A stretch of DNA of 64,000 nucleotides from Bacteroidaceae bacterium (GCA_017451645.1 JAFTNZ010000009.1:115729-179728), one strand, 5' to 3'. Counted from the stretch's first letter, positions 51,566 to 63,500 are shown. Program-made: numbers and translations. Notes: generated from the sequence alone by a model not told the origin.

Positions 51566-53101
51566 ATGACAGGTATAATCATAGCAAGTGTATGTGCTGC
51601 CGGTGTAGGATATATTATCGGCTACACTCTCTACAAGACAGCACTGAAGAAAAGATGCGAAGGCATTCTGAAGAAAGCAGAAGAAGAGGCCGAAGTCATC
51701 AAAAAGAACAAGCTGTTGGAAGTCAAGGAGAAATTCCTGAACAAGAAAGCCGAATTGGAAAAGGAGGTGGCTGCACGCAACCAGAAAATCCAGCAGGCAG
51801 AAAACAAGCTGAAACAGCGTGAGATTTCCCTCAACCAACAGCAGCAGGACCTGCAACGCAAAAAGGCAGAGACAGAGACCATCAAGAGCAACCTGGAAGC
51901 GCAACTCACCATCGTGGACAAGAAGCAGGAAGAGCTCGACCACCTGCAGACACAGGAGCGCGAAAAGCTGGAGGCCATCAGCGGACTGACGGTGGAAGAG
52001 GCCAAAGAACGCCTGGTGGAGTCACTCAAAGAAGAGGCCAAGACACAGGCCGCATCCTACATCAACGACATCATGGACGAAGCCAAAATGACCGCCAACA
52101 AGGAGGCCAAGCGCATCGTCATCCAGAGCATACAGCGTGTGGCTACGGAGACAGCCATCGAAAACTCCGTCACCGTGTTCCACATCGACTCTGACGAGGT
52201 GAAGGGACGCATCATCGGACGCGAAGGACGAAACATCCGCGCACTCGAGGCCGCCACAGGAGTAGAAATCGTTGTGGACGACACGCCCGAAGCCATCGTC
52301 CTCTCAGCTTTCGACCCCGTACGCCGCGAAATCGCCCGCCTCGCACTGCACCAGTTAGTGACCGACGGACGCATACATCCCGCCCGCATCGAGGAGGTAG
52401 TGGCCAAAGTGAAAAAGCAGGTGGAGGAAGAGGTCATCGAGACCGGAAAACGTACAACCATCGACTTGGGTGTACACGGTCTGCACCCCGAACTGATACG
52501 CATCATCGGAAAGATGAAGTACCGCTCTTCTTACGGACAGAATCTTCTGCAGCATGCCCGCGAAACGGCAAACCTCTGTGCCGTGATGGCCAGCGAATTG
52601 GGGCTCAACCCCAAAAAGGCCAAGCGGGCCGGACTCCTTCACGACATCGGCAAGGTGCCCGACGAAGAGCCAGAGTTGCCACACGCAATCTACGGTGCCA
52701 AGTTGGCTGAGAAGTTCAAGGAGAAGCCGGACATCTGCAACGCCATCGGCGCACACCACGACGAGATGGAGATGACCAGCCTGCTGGCCCCCATCGTGCA
52801 GATATGCGATGCCATCAGCGGTGCACGTCCTGGTGCACGTCGCGAAATCGTGGAGGCATACATCAAGCGCCTGAACGACTTGGAGCAGTTGGCCATGAGC
52901 TATCCGGGTGTGACGAAGACCTATGCCATCCAGGCTGGCCGCGAACTGCGTGTCATCGTAGGAGCAGACAAGATTGACGACAAACAGACCGAAAGTCTCA
53001 GCAACGAGATTGCCAAGAAGATTCAGGACGAGATGACCTATCCCGGACAAGTGAAAATCACGGTCATCCGCGAAACACGCGCAGTAAGTTTCGCAAAGTA
53101 G
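51566..53101 (+). CDS. rny: Ribonuclease Y
   Basis: N-terminal TM, coiled coil, KH motif [15 protein letters not shown] domain [17 protein letters not shown]. Confidence 0.97.
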   Translation: MTGIIIASVCAAGVGYIIGYTLYKTALKKRCEGILKKAEEEAEVIKKNKLLEVKEKFLNKKAELEKEVAARNQKIQQAENKLKQREISLNQQQQDLQRKKAETETIKSNLEAQLTIVDKKQEELDHLQTQEREKLEAISGLTVEEAKERLVESLKEEAKTQAASYINDIMDEAKMTANKEAKRIVIQSIQRVATETAIENSVTVFHIDSDEVKGRIIGREGRNIRALEAATGVEIVVDDTPEAIVLSAFDPVRREIARLALHQLVTDGRIHPARIEEVVAKVKKQVEEEVIETGKRTTIDLGVHGLHPELIRIIGKMKYRSSYGQNLLQHARETANLCAVMASELGLNPKKAKRAGLLHDIGKVPDEEPELPHAIYGAKLAEKFKEKPDICNAIGAHHDEMEMTSLLAPIVQICDAISGARPGARREIVEAYIKRLNDLEQLAMSYPGVTKTYAIQAGRELRVIVGADKIDDKQTESLSNEIAKKIQDEMTYPGQVKITVIRETRAVSFAK

Positions 53102-53258
53102 AAGCTCCCCAAGACAGAAAATACTCATTGTCTTCATAGCGACGCAGATTGGCGCCGGCTCTCCGCCAAGGAGGCCACGCGTTAATCTGCGTTAATTTTT
53201 ATCCTCAAAGCGACACGCAACCAAAAGATTCTCCTATCTTTGCAAACACATAACCCAT

Positions 53259-53657
53259 GGGCTTGACTGGATTTGACAGCGGGCAGAAATGGTACGTAAG
53301 CATGCAGTGCGCCGATGATCGGCACTTTAATCCCGGTTGTCAAAGATTTATCTGGCGAAAACAACTACGCTCTCGCTGCGTAATCGAAGCACAGTAGATT
53401 ACCTTTATTCTCTTACAAGGTAGGAGAACGAGACATCACTCGGAAGCTGTGGTTCCGAAGCGTTCCGGCCCAGTGGTGCAGTCAAATCGGAAATAGCATG
53501 AGCCTCGTCTCGCGGCTCTTGTGAAACTCATAGAGACTAAGGTTCAAGTGGGTGGCTCCGGTCTTGCTTGGGCACGAAAACCGAAGGCGGAGATAAGCAT
53601 GTAGAAAGCGTATGGTTTCCTCGTTTGGACGAGGGTTCGATTCCCTCCAGGTCCACC
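53259..53657 (+). ncRNA. ssrA: tmRNA
   Basis: GGGCTTG/CAGGTCC acceptor stem with G3.U, T-arm gagggttcgattccctc, tag reading frame GENNYALAA-stop at 53354-53383, TATCTTTG promoter at 53235. Confidence 0.96.
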
Positions 53658-53687
53658 CGATGGCGACGGACTCGTGCCAAAGCCGCT

Positions 53688-53767
53688 TTCAGGCACGGAT
53701 TACACAGACGACACGCACAAGCCACACGGCGACAGTTCCGCTGCAGTCTGCGAAATCCGTGCCTGAA
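53688..53767. repeat. CACGGAT-type intergenic hairpin after tmRNA
   Basis: ttcaggcacggatt / aatccgtgcctgaa perfect arms; related hairpin at 53142-53192. Confidence 0.7.
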
Positions 53768-53799
53768 TTGTAATTACGACATACCAAAGGAAAAAGACA

Positions 53800-54474
53800 A
53801 TGAAAAGAAAACTGCTCCATCTCTTGTGGACTATCCTGTTTCCGGCTGTTTCATTGACGGCACAGGAGGCCAAGCATGTGTTTGTCAATATGCCCGACTC
53901 CATCCTGCCCCTGCTGACCCCAATCAACAGGGCAGACTGCATCGACTTTCTGGAAAGCAACATGCAGGCACTGGTAAAGAACCGTTTCGACCAGATGTCG
54001 GAGATGACGCACCTCACCGGCGACTACCTATCCCTGTCACTCTCTCCACAGAGCACGTTCGAGCTCAAGCTGCTCCCCCTCAACGACTCCACCCGCATCA
54101 TCTGCACCGTGCAGACTGTCCGCAGCCAGGCGTGCGACAGCCGCATCGCATTCTACACCACCGGTTGGGAAGAACTTCCTGCCGCCGCTCACCTGCCGGA
54201 GATTCCTCAAGCCGCCGATTTCCTGCCCGACAGCCTGTCCGCAGCCGTCGCCGACACACTCAGCTATTCCTGGGAAAGCCTCCGCAACGAGGCAGACATC
54301 CTGCTGATGCACGCCACGTTGGCAGACAGCACCACCACACTGACATTCACCTACACCACCCCCGACTATATGCGCACAGAGTCAGCCACACGCATCCGTC
54401 CGCTGCTCAAGGCAGCTTCGCTCCACTACGACTGGACCAACGGAGCGTTTGTCCGCCGCAAGAATGAAGAATGA
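53800..54474 (+). CDS. DUF3256-like exported protein
   Basis: Signal peptide LTA|Q; FVNMPDSILPLLT..NRADCIDF, VKNRF, DSRIAFYTT.W. Confidence 0.8.
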   Translation: MKRKLLHLLWTILFPAVSLTAQEAKHVFVNMPDSILPLLTPINRADCIDFLESNMQALVKNRFDQMSEMTHLTGDYLSLSLSPQSTFELKLLPLNDSTRIICTVQTVRSQACDSRIAFYTTGWEELPAAAHLPEIPQAADFLPDSLSAAVADTLSYSWESLRNEADILLMHATLADSTTTLTFTYTTPDYMRTESATRIRPLLKAASLHYDWTNGAFVRRKNEE

Positions 54475-54506
54475 CACACAAACCCACAAAGATACAAGAC
54501 GAAAAG

Positions 54507-57278
54507 ATGAAAAGCAAACTGATGACAAGCGGGGTCATGCTGCTATTTGCCGCAATGGCCCAGGCACAAGCCCCCACCGAGTGGCCTGTTGTAGAGACTG
54601 AGGCGCGCCCCGCCGCCCGCTGGTGGTGGATGGGCAGTGCCGTAGATAAAGAGGGACTGACCCACAACCTCGAAGCATACGCCGGGAAGGGGATGGGCAC
54701 CGTAGAGATTACCCCCATCTATGGAGTGATTGGCAACGAGGCTAATGATATCGACTACCTGACTCCGAAGTGGATGGAGATGCTGAACCATACGATGAGT
54801 GAAGCAGAGCGGTTGGGAATGAACATCGATATGAACAACGGTACCGGTTGGCCTTTCGGTGGCCCCGAGGTGAGCATCGGGGATGCCGCCACACGTGCCT
54901 TGTTCCAGACCTATACTTTACAAGGCGGTCAGGCGTTGGACGAGCCGGTGGTGGTGAACGACCGCAAGCAGAAGGATGTGGCCCGCTTGGGCTGCCTCAT
55001 GGCATACGGCCCCAATGGCAAGATTGTGAACCTGACCAAGAAGGTGGCGGCTGACGGCAAACTTGCTTGGACGGCTCCGGCCGGTGGCGAGTGGACCCTC
55101 ATAGCCCAGTTCACCGGCAAGACCCTGCAGAAGGTGAAGCGTGCCGCTCCCGGTGGCGAGGGATATGTGATGGACCATCTCGACAAGGGTGCCGTGAAAC
55201 GCTACCTGGCCAAGTTCGACAAGGCATTCAAGGAGAATGGCCTGAAGCAGATACCCAACAACTTCTTCAACGACTCTTATGAGGTGTATGGCGCCGACTG
55301 GACTCCCACCCTGCTGGCAGAGTTTGCCAAGCGCCGGGGGTATCGCCTGGAAGACCACTTCCCTGAGTTCCTCGACGAAGCCAAGGGTGCAGCCCGCACC
55401 GATGCCACGGCCCGCATTGTCAGCGACTACCGCGAGACAATGGGCGAACTGCTCTACGAGAACTTCACCCGCCAGTGGACCGGGTGGGCACACAAGCATG
55501 GCAGTCAGACGCGTAATCAGGCACACGGTTCGCCCGGCAACCTTATCGACCTCTATGCTGCCGTGGATGTGCCCGAGTGCGAAGGCTTCGGACTCTCCAA
55601 CTTCGGCATCAAGGGACTCCGTCAGGACACCCTCACCCGCAAGAACGATTCCGACATGTCCATGCTCAAATATGCCTCTTCGGGTGCCCACCTTACCGGC
55701 AAGCCGCTCGTCTCTTCCGAGACCTTCACTTGGCTTACCGACCATTTCCGCACCTCACTCTCGCAGTGCAAGCCCGACATCGACCTGATGTTCCTCTCCG
55801 GAGTGAACCACACCTTCTTCCACGGAGCCACCTACACACCGAAGGGCGAAGCCTGGCCGGGATGGAAATTCTATGCTTCGGTGGATATGACTCCCACCAA
55901 CAGCATCTGGCGCGATGCCGGAGCCTTCTTCGACTACATCAGCCGTTGCCAGTCGTTCCTGCAGATGGGACAGCCCGACAATGATTTCCTCGTCTATCTC
56001 CCTGTCTATGACATGTGGAACGAACAGCCCGGCCGGATGCTCTCTTTCGACATCCATGGTATGCACAAGCGTGCACCCAAGTTCATCGAGACGGTGAACA
56101 GCATCATGGCTGCCGGTTACGATGTGGATTACATCAGCGACAACTACATCCGCTCAACCCGTTGCGAGGGTGGTATGCTGAAGACCGTGGGCGGCACCAG
56201 ATACAAGGCCATCATCATCCCTGCCGTGAAGCGTATGCCGACCGACATCCTGCAGAAGCTCATCACGTTGGCCGAACAGGGTGCCGAGATTGTTTTCGTA
56301 GGCAACTATCCCGAGAGCGTGCCCGGATACAGCAACCTGGCCAAGCGTACGGCACAGTTCGACCGGTTGTTGGCCCGTCTGCCCGAGGCCGACTTCGGCA
56401 AGGTGGAGAAGCAGGCCCTGAAGAAAGGCCAGATTATCACCGGCAGCGACTATGCACAGACCCTTGCGGCTACAGGTGTTGCCAACGAAATGATGAAATC
56501 GCAGTATGGTCTCCAGTACATCCGTCGTACCAATGCCGAGGGACATCACTACTTCATCTCCTCACTCCAGCCCAAGGGCGTGGATGGCTGGATAGACCTG
56601 GCCGTACCTGTGAAGAGTGCCCTTATCTTTGACCCCATGACCGGCAAAGTGGGCAAGGCCGAAGTGAATGGCAAGAGTGTGCGCCTGCAGCTGGCGTCGG
56701 GCGAGAGTGTCATCCTGAAAGTCTTTGCCGACAAGGAGGTGGAGGCCGACGCCTGGGCCTACTACGCACCGCAGCCTGTCAGCCTGAGCATCGATGGCGG
56801 TTGGACACTCAGCTTCCCCGAGAGCGAACCGGCCATCAGCGGTATATATAATATAGGTACACTCGGCTCGTGGACAGAGCAGGACATCCCGAATGCCACC
56901 GTCAACATGGGGGCCGGTCTCTATCGTGTAGAGTTCGACCTGCCGGCCATGACGGCCTCCGAATGGCAGCTCGACCTCGGCGATGTGCGCGAGAGTGCCC
57001 GCATCCGCATTAACGGACAGGAGGTGGCTACCCTGTTTGCCGTACCCTTCCGTACCCTGGTGGGCCGGTATCTGAAACCCGGCAAGAATGTGTTGGAGGT
57101 GGAGGTGACCAACCTGCCGGCCAACCGCATTGCCGAGTATGACCGCCAGGGCATCAAGTGGCGCAAGTTCAAGGACATCAATGTGGTGGGCATCAACTAC
57201 AAGAAGGGTGGCTACGGCCAGTGGCACACCATGCCCAGCGGATTGCTTGGCCCTGTGAAGCTGGTGCCGATGGATTGA
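54507..57278 (+). CDS. Alpha-L-rhamnosidase, GH106
   Basis: RWWWMG, GTGWPFGGP, DSYE, QAHG, KYASS.AH, SETFT, C-terminal LDLG.V and SGLLGPV beta-sandwich. Confidence 0.9.
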   Translation: MKSKLMTSGVMLLFAAMAQAQAPTEWPVVETEARPAARWWWMGSAVDKEGLTHNLEAYAGKGMGTVEITPIYGVIGNEANDIDYLTPKWMEMLNHTMSEAERLGMNIDMNNGTGWPFGGPEVSIGDAATRALFQTYTLQGGQALDEPVVVNDRKQKDVARLGCLMAYGPNGKIVNLTKKVAADGKLAWTAPAGGEWTLIAQFTGKTLQKVKRAAPGGEGYVMDHLDKGAVKRYLAKFDKAFKENGLKQIPNNFFNDSYEVYGADWTPTLLAEFAKRRGYRLEDHFPEFLDEAKGAARTDATARIVSDYRETMGELLYENFTRQWTGWAHKHGSQTRNQAHGSPGNLIDLYAAVDVPECEGFGLSNFGIKGLRQDTLTRKNDSDMSMLKYASSGAHLTGKPLVSSETFTWLTDHFRTSLSQCKPDIDLMFLSGVNHTFFHGATYTPKGEAWPGWKFYASVDMTPTNSIWRDAGAFFDYISRCQSFLQMGQPDNDFLVYLPVYDMWNEQPGRMLSFDIHGMHKRAPKFIETVNSIMAAGYDVDYISDNYIRSTRCEGGMLKTVGGTRYKAIIIPAVKRMPTDILQKLITLAEQGAEIVFVGNYPESVPGYSNLAKRTAQFDRLLARLPEADFGKVEKQALKKGQIITGSDYAQTLAATGVANEMMKSQYGLQYIRRTNAEGHHYFISSLQPKGVDGWIDLAVPVKSALIFDPMTGKVGKAEVNGKSVRLQLASGESVILKVFADKEVEADAWAYYAPQPVSLSIDGGWTLSFPESEPAISGIYNIGTLGSWTEQDIPNATVNMGAGLYRVEFDLPAMTASEWQLDLGDVRESARIRINGQEVATLFAVPFRTLVGRYLKPGKNVLEVEVTNLPANRIAEYDRQGIKWRKFKDINVVGINYKKGGYGQWHTMPSGLLGPVKLVPMD

Positions 57279-57413
57279 GGGCGTAACGAGGCCCGAAGGA
57301 GGATTGACTAGATGTCAATCCGTGCCGAAGTGAGGGGAGCACAGTACTCTGTGCGACGGAGGTAAGACCACCGCCCCCCCCAACACCCTGTGGGCGAAGG
57401 GGGGAGGGAGTTC

Positions 57414-57453
57414 AGAAAAGACCATCAAACTCTTCCGTTTGATGGTCTTTTCT
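57414..57453 (+). terminator. Intrinsic terminator after GH106
   Basis: agaaaagaccatcaaac / gtttgatggtcttttct inverted repeat. Confidence 0.8.
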
Positions 57454-57490
57454 TGTATCTGCAGCTTCAAATTATAGAAAAATCACCAGA

Positions 57491-57586
57491 AATTCTATAA
57501 TCTGAATCACAGATTATATAATCTGGGTCACGGAATATATAATCTGAATCACGGATTATATAATCTGTGATTCAGATTATAGAATT
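57491..57586. repeat. Palindromic array of 21-bp units (TATAATCTG....CRGATTA)
   Basis: Four tandem 21-bp units; the first and last 33 bp of the array are perfect reverse complements. Confidence 0.9.
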
Positions 57587-57937
57587 GATTGGCGCTCTTA
57601 TCTTTTTTCCAAGGGGATATCAAGAAGTTACGGAGACCCTCCTGAAAAAGGTGTGCCAAAAATAGATTCAGGACGGATGACACGGACTCCGTCCTTCCGG
57701 GTTGCAAGCGAAGGGACGAAGACGGAAGAAAGCAGGAGGTTATAAAATTCAGGAAAAGCGTCCTGAAATCTTAATTATCTATAAAATAAGACAGCGTTAA
57801 GCATTATTAACAAAACGGGGGGGGTAATTTCAAGACTTTTTAGCACATTTGCAGCCGATTATACACTTGCCCTACCTGTGTAGGGCACAGAGGTGTGATT
57901 ATGCACCTTTGCTGACTATGAATTTTCTCCAGACACC

Positions 57938-59152
57938 ATGAAACAGACCAGACGGTTTTTCGGATTCATCGCTGCCGCACTGCTCGCCACGGGCGCGTGG
58001 GCGCAAATGAGGTTTTCGTATTCCGGAGGCATCGCTGCCGAGGAGTCCGGACTCGCCGATGGCAGCACATTGGTGCAACTGCCCTCAGGCATGGGGCTGA
58101 ACAGCGGCTTCATCACCGGTGCCACAGTGGACGGGCAGCCGGTGCAGCTCGACGACATCACCCCCCATCCGGCAAAGACCTTCATCGCCGGTGGCGAGAT
58201 AGAGACCTTCGTCTATGGCGGCAAGGCCTATTCGTTCCGCTTTGTCACCGGCGGATACACAGCGTACCTCTTTGCCTACTTCAATGGCAACGAGCAGTGG
58301 CAAGAGCAGATATGCTTTGCCCTCAGCCGCGACGGATTCAGCTATACCCCACTCAACGGCGGCAACCCCGTCATCGCTTCCGACACCATTGCACAGAAGA
58401 AGGCCGTGCGCGACCCCCACATCCTGCGGGGCGAGGACGGCTGCTACTATATGGTGGTGACGGACATGAAGTCGGGCGACGGATGGTCTTCCAACGACGG
58501 ACTGGTGCTGCTCCGCTCTGAGAACCTGACAGACTGGGAGCACACGGCCATCGACTTCCCCACCACGTGGCCCGACCGCTTCGACCGCGAGACACTCACA
58601 CAAGTGTGGGCCCCGCAGACCATCTACGACCCCGAGGCCGGAAAGTATATGGTATATTACACCATAGGCGAAGAGGACACACACTACAAGATCTACTACT
58701 CGTATGCCAATGCCGACTTCACGGAGCTGACCGAGCCCCAAGTGCTCTACGACCACGGTGCCGGCACCATCGATGCCGACATCGTGTGGTACGATGGGAG
58801 GTATCACATGTTCTTCAAGACCGAAGGCGACGGCAATGGCATACAGAAGGCCACTGCCACCACGCTGCACGGCGAATGGACGGCGGGCGGAACCTACCTG
58901 CAGCAGACCGGTGTGCCCGTAGAGGGGTCGTGCACCTTCCCGCTCATCGGCTCCGACGAGTGGGTGCTGATGTACGACTGCTACAGCAACGACTACTACG
59001 AATACTGCACCAGTGCGGACCTGGAGACCTTCACCTACAAGTGCCGCTCTGCAAACACCAGCGTCTTCACCCCACGCCACGGCACCACCATCCTCATCAC
59101 GGAGGCAGAAAGGGTGCGGCTGCTGATGAAGTGGCCACCGGCAAACGGGTGA
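57938..59152 (+). CDS. GH43 five-bladed propeller glycosidase (arabinosidase-like) with an unrecognised N-terminal module
   Basis: AYLFAYF, ALS.DG, RDPHI, WAPQ, IDAD, EG, PRHG; signal peptide AWA|Q. Confidence 0.88.
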   Translation: MKQTRRFFGFIAAALLATGAWAQMRFSYSGGIAAEESGLADGSTLVQLPSGMGLNSGFITGATVDGQPVQLDDITPHPAKTFIAGGEIETFVYGGKAYSFRFVTGGYTAYLFAYFNGNEQWQEQICFALSRDGFSYTPLNGGNPVIASDTIAQKKAVRDPHILRGEDGCYYMVVTDMKSGDGWSSNDGLVLLRSENLTDWEHTAIDFPTTWPDRFDRETLTQVWAPQTIYDPEAGKYMVYYTIGEEDTHYKIYYSYANADFTELTEPQVLYDHGAGTIDADIVWYDGRYHMFFKTEGDGNGIQKATATTLHGEWTAGGTYLQQTGVPVEGSCTFPLIGSDEWVLMYDCYSNDYYEYCTSADLETFTYKCRSANTSVFTPRHGTTILITEAERVRLLMKWPPANG

Positions 59153-59213
59153 CAGGCCGATGCATAGGAACAAAATCTTTAATCAATTACATAACTTTAA
59201 AAACATCAATCAA

Positions 59214-60569
59214 ATGAAACAGACAAAACGTTTCCTCGGACTCATCGCTGCCGCGCTGCTCACCACGGGCGCATGGGCACAGATGACGTTCACGTACTCC
59301 GTAGATGTTACGGAGTCGGAGCTTGCCGACGGCAGCACGCTGGTGCAGCTGAATGCGGGAGCTGACCTGAATGGAGGGTTTATCACTGGTGCCAAAGTTG
59401 GTGGCCAGGCTGTGAACCTCAGCGACATCACCCCTAATCCTGCCGAGACTTTCATCACCGACGGCGAGATTGAAACCTTCGTCTATGGCGGCAAGGCCTA
59501 TTCGTTCCGCTTCCTTGCAGGCGAGTACTTTACGGCGGTTATCTTCAGCGACCCGCATGTGGAACAGACCTCTTATGGCGGTCTCACGGTAGCCAATGAG
59601 CAGACGTTCGTAAGCAACATCTGCAACATGGGTAAAGAGGGAGGCAAGGTTGTGACTTTCAGCAAGGCCCCCAAGGGTTATGTCCCCACAGCTGACATCG
59701 TGTTCTGCTTGGGCGATATGGATAAGGACAGTGAAAGCGAAGGCACAAACTTCACCACAGCCATGCAGGGATTCAACGATGCCGGTATCCCCTTCATCAC
59801 CATGGCAGGTAATCATGACCTTGTGCCCGACTATTGGACAGGTACTGACCCTGACTATGGTCTGACTAGTGGATCAACAGGCGGTTCTGCCTGTAACGAC
59901 AAGGCATTGTCCATCATTGCCAACCAATGGGCTAAGGCTGCTCAGTTTGGCGGATTCACCGTAACCACCATCAAAGATGGAACCAGTCATACCCAAGCCA
60001 ATCCTTTTGTCTTCGAGTACAAGGGCGTACAGTTCTATTGCGGACAGACTTATTGGTTCCAGAAACCGTATTCAGGTTCCTATACAGTTCTTGCGGGTAG
60101 TGTATTGTCTTCAGCCACTTACTATGCAGCCGATGGCGTGATTGACGCATTGGAAACCTATGTAAAAGCAAATACCGCGAAGCCTGCTGTGTGGATGCAG
60201 CACTATCCCTTCGTATATGGTAGCGACTGCGACCGTTGGTGGCTCGACCAGAACGATACTGGTATGTTCCTGGCTCCTACGGATGCTGCAAGTTCAGCAT
60301 ACTACACCTCTACAGCTGCATACAATGCCGAGGGTGGCAATCCCGATGCCAAGGCTAAGAAGGACAAGTTGGCCGAGATTATCAAGCTCACCAAATCGAA
60401 CACTGAAACCGGTGAACATTTCCATTTCTCAGGCCACGTGCACAGCAACGCTACCAACACTTATAACGGTGTGACCGACAAGACCATCGGCCAGCCTGGC
60501 AAAACTTATGTTCTGCTTTGCAAAGAGGGTGTAGGTGTAGTGGAAATTCAAGAAGTAAGTTTCTATTAA
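59214..60569 (+). CDS. Calcineurin-like metallophosphoesterase with the same N-terminal module
   Basis: SDPH, LGD.D, GNHD, QHYP, SGHVH metal-binding motifs; signal peptide AWA|Q. Confidence 0.88.
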   Translation: MKQTKRFLGLIAAALLTTGAWAQMTFTYSVDVTESELADGSTLVQLNAGADLNGGFITGAKVGGQAVNLSDITPNPAETFITDGEIETFVYGGKAYSFRFLAGEYFTAVIFSDPHVEQTSYGGLTVANEQTFVSNICNMGKEGGKVVTFSKAPKGYVPTADIVFCLGDMDKDSESEGTNFTTAMQGFNDAGIPFITMAGNHDLVPDYWTGTDPDYGLTSGSTGGSACNDKALSIIANQWAKAAQFGGFTVTTIKDGTSHTQANPFVFEYKGVQFYCGQTYWFQKPYSGSYTVLAGSVLSSATYYAADGVIDALETYVKANTAKPAVWMQHYPFVYGSDCDRWWLDQNDTGMFLAPTDAASSAYYTSTAAYNAEGGNPDAKAKKDKLAEIIKLTKSNTETGEHFHFSGHVHSNATNTYNGVTDKTIGQPGKTYVLLCKEGVGVVEIQEVSFY

Positions 60570-60581
60570 TACTCGACAATT

Positions 60582-63500
60582 ATGAAAAAACTAAATAAAC
60601 TTTGCGCAATACTTTTTGCGATGCTGGGGGTGAGTGCCACAGCAAAAGCTGATACCTCTATCCTTAAGGAGAGTGAGGGATGGCAGAAAATTACAGAAAT
60701 ACCCTCGAACAAAACAGATTATTATTATGCTCTTGTGGATAATAATAATGACCTGATGTTAACGATGGGAGTGGGTGCTAATCAAGGTAGTTCTTATTAT
60801 ACAATGTATTATAGGACTTCTGTGAATCCGCTACAGAACAAAGCCGCATTGTGGACAATAGAAGGAGATAACTATACCTTCAGGAATACCGAATACACAA
60901 GATTTGCAATGCAAACTGAATGGAATGCATCATGGAATTACCGTACTCATGATCAACCAAATGCTTGTGAATGGACAGCTACAAAACCAGCGTATTCGAT
61001 AAGTGATCTTTGTTGGACTATTCAAAATGGCAAATATCCTGACAGTGGATATTTGGGGCCGTGGAATGAAGCCAATTTTGCTGATGGAGCTGAGGTGGCA
61101 TTCAACAAAACTGGCAATAATGTAGGAAAGTTTCATATCTACGCTATCCACAAGACTTACTGCAAGGATGTTTTGGCTACAAATGCCACTGTCACAAATC
61201 CTGTTGACATGACCGTATTGATGGCTAATAGAGACGCAACCTTGCCTGTTGTAGATATGGGAGGATGGACAACAGCAAATACCATAACGAGAAATGGAAG
61301 CAATGGATATGATGGGAAAAGCGGATTTTTCGAGTTTTGTGACTGGGGAGCATCTTCTTGGGAAGGTTCAATGACGCAAACCATTACATCCTTACCCAAT
61401 GGAAAATATGTTGTCAAAGCTGCAGGACAAGCTTCCGCAACGGATGTTGTGTTGACACTTACAGCAAATGGAGTTTCTACCAATTTGAATTGTATAGGAG
61501 CTTCGGGTGGTAATATCAGTGCTGACGGAACGGAAGTGACTTTGGGTTCAGGAGTTGCCGGATGGCAATATATGACAGTGGAATGCAAGGTTACTGATGG
61601 CACACTGACTATCACTGCTAATTCTACAGGATCAGCAACACAGAGATGGGCTAACATTGATAATTTCTCGCTTACATACATTGGAGCAGACCTTGACTTA
61701 TTGAAGGAAGCTTATGAGAATGCACTTGCTGCAGCAAAGAGTGCTTTGGAAGATGAAACATATAGTGCCGTAATCGGTGTTGAAAAAACTAAATTGCAGG
61801 AGTTGGTGGAAAAGACACCTACAGAAGATAAGGATTCATACACTACAACAACAGAACAACTGGTTGCAGCTACTGAAACATTCAAGAATGCTAAAGAGGG
61901 ATATGAACTTTTGGCAACAGAAGTTGCCAAAGCTGTGGCTTTGGGAGTTTCGGATGAAGCAATAAACAAGTACAAAGCTTCTGCAACAACTTCTGATACA
62001 AAGTCTGATGTGTTAGGTCTTATGGTGGAAGAATATAATTATGTAGCCAATAACTTCACTTATCCCGTAGCCCTCAGCGATACTTGGAACTCTACGGGAA
62101 CCAACACACAGGCTGCTACTTTCAATAATGAGCACTGGAGTGGTGAAAAACGTGAGTATAAGAATCAGAATGACAACAATGGTCAGGGATGGAATGCCAG
62201 TTCATGGACTATCGACTTTGACCAAGAGGTAACGCTCCCCGCCGGTGAATATGTGTTTAAGGTGGCTGGCCGCAAGAGTGAAAGTGCTACTTTGGAACTT
62301 GTCGTTACACAAGGGGAAACAACATTGGGTACTGTGAATGACTTCCCCTCAAGCAATAAAGCATTAGGAATCAACAAGGCAGGTGCTACCAGCTTCGATG
62401 CAAACGATGCCGCAGGTTTTGCTAATAATGACGCCGGATATGGTTGGCAGTGGCGCTATGTAAAATTTGAACTTGACGCAGAAGCCACCGTAAAAGTTGC
62501 TGTACATGCTGGAACAAACGTTATTCATCAATGGGTATCATTCGGTGACTATACCTTGCAGATGACCGAAGAGACTTACTTGGAAGCCAACAAGGATGGT
62601 GTGAAGGCATCGGAAGCTGCAGCCCAAGCATTGCTCGGCACCAAACCCATGGGCGAGGATGAGAATGCTGCATTGCAAGCTGCCCTTGATATGACCTACA
62701 CTACAGGTGCCCAAATGTTGGCAAAGGTTGAGGCTCTTGATGCTGCTGTAGCCAATGCCAATGCATGGCGCGAGACCTACTATGCAGAGAAAGACAAACT
62801 CGTGGCTGCTCTCGAACGCTTCGAAGCTGACTACAACGATGCTGAGAACGGTGCACTCGACCACATGGCAAAGAGCCGTTGGGAGACCGTCATTACTAAG
62901 GCTCAGGCTGCTGCCGTAGCTAAGGATGACCTTACTTCTCACGAGGTGCTCACTACAGCAACTACCGAATTGACCGCCGCTCTGGATGCCGCTACTGTAT
63001 CAGTGAACGAGTATGCCGCATTGGATGAAGCCATTAAGGCTGCCGCAGCTCTTGCTAACGGCATCAACTGGGGCGACCAACCCTTCCAGAGACCCGAAAG
63101 TGCAAAGGCCGGACTTGACACTACTGACGAGCAAGCTGTATATAATGCCGCTGAGGCTGACGGTAAGGGTGTGACCTCTGTGACTGAAGCATTGAATGCT
63201 GCTATGGACATCACGCTGAATGTTCCGGAAGGTGTCTTCTACCTGACAGTGGCATCTGAAGGTCATGTACTTTTGGGTAATTCAGTTGTTGCCTCATTGG
63301 GAAGTACAGGAAACAATAACCCGACAGGATATGGCTTCAATGCCGCTACTGTTACCGCCAACTATCGTCCGAAGGTGTTCACATTCGAGCAGGTAGAAGA
63401 CAATCTGTATCACATCAGTGTAGAGATGGAGGCCGGTACGGTATATCTGACATACGGTACATTGAATGGTAGTACAGCAGGGCATAAAGATGGACAAATC

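Noticed and set aside
53600-53700. tmRNA (or tRNA-Glu) as integration site of a mobile element
   Set aside because: No integrase and no duplicated 3' end seen in the window.
53568-54467. 299-aa ORF overlapping the tmRNA 3' end and the DUF3256-like gene
   Set aside because: Starts within tmRNA, is out of frame with the better-supported gene and has Arg/Pro/His-rich non-coding-frame composition.
57491-57586. Possible CRISPR array (also 18937-19038 and 17107-17191)
   Set aside because: Units are contiguous or have linkers too short to be spacers, some are inverted, and no cas genes are present.
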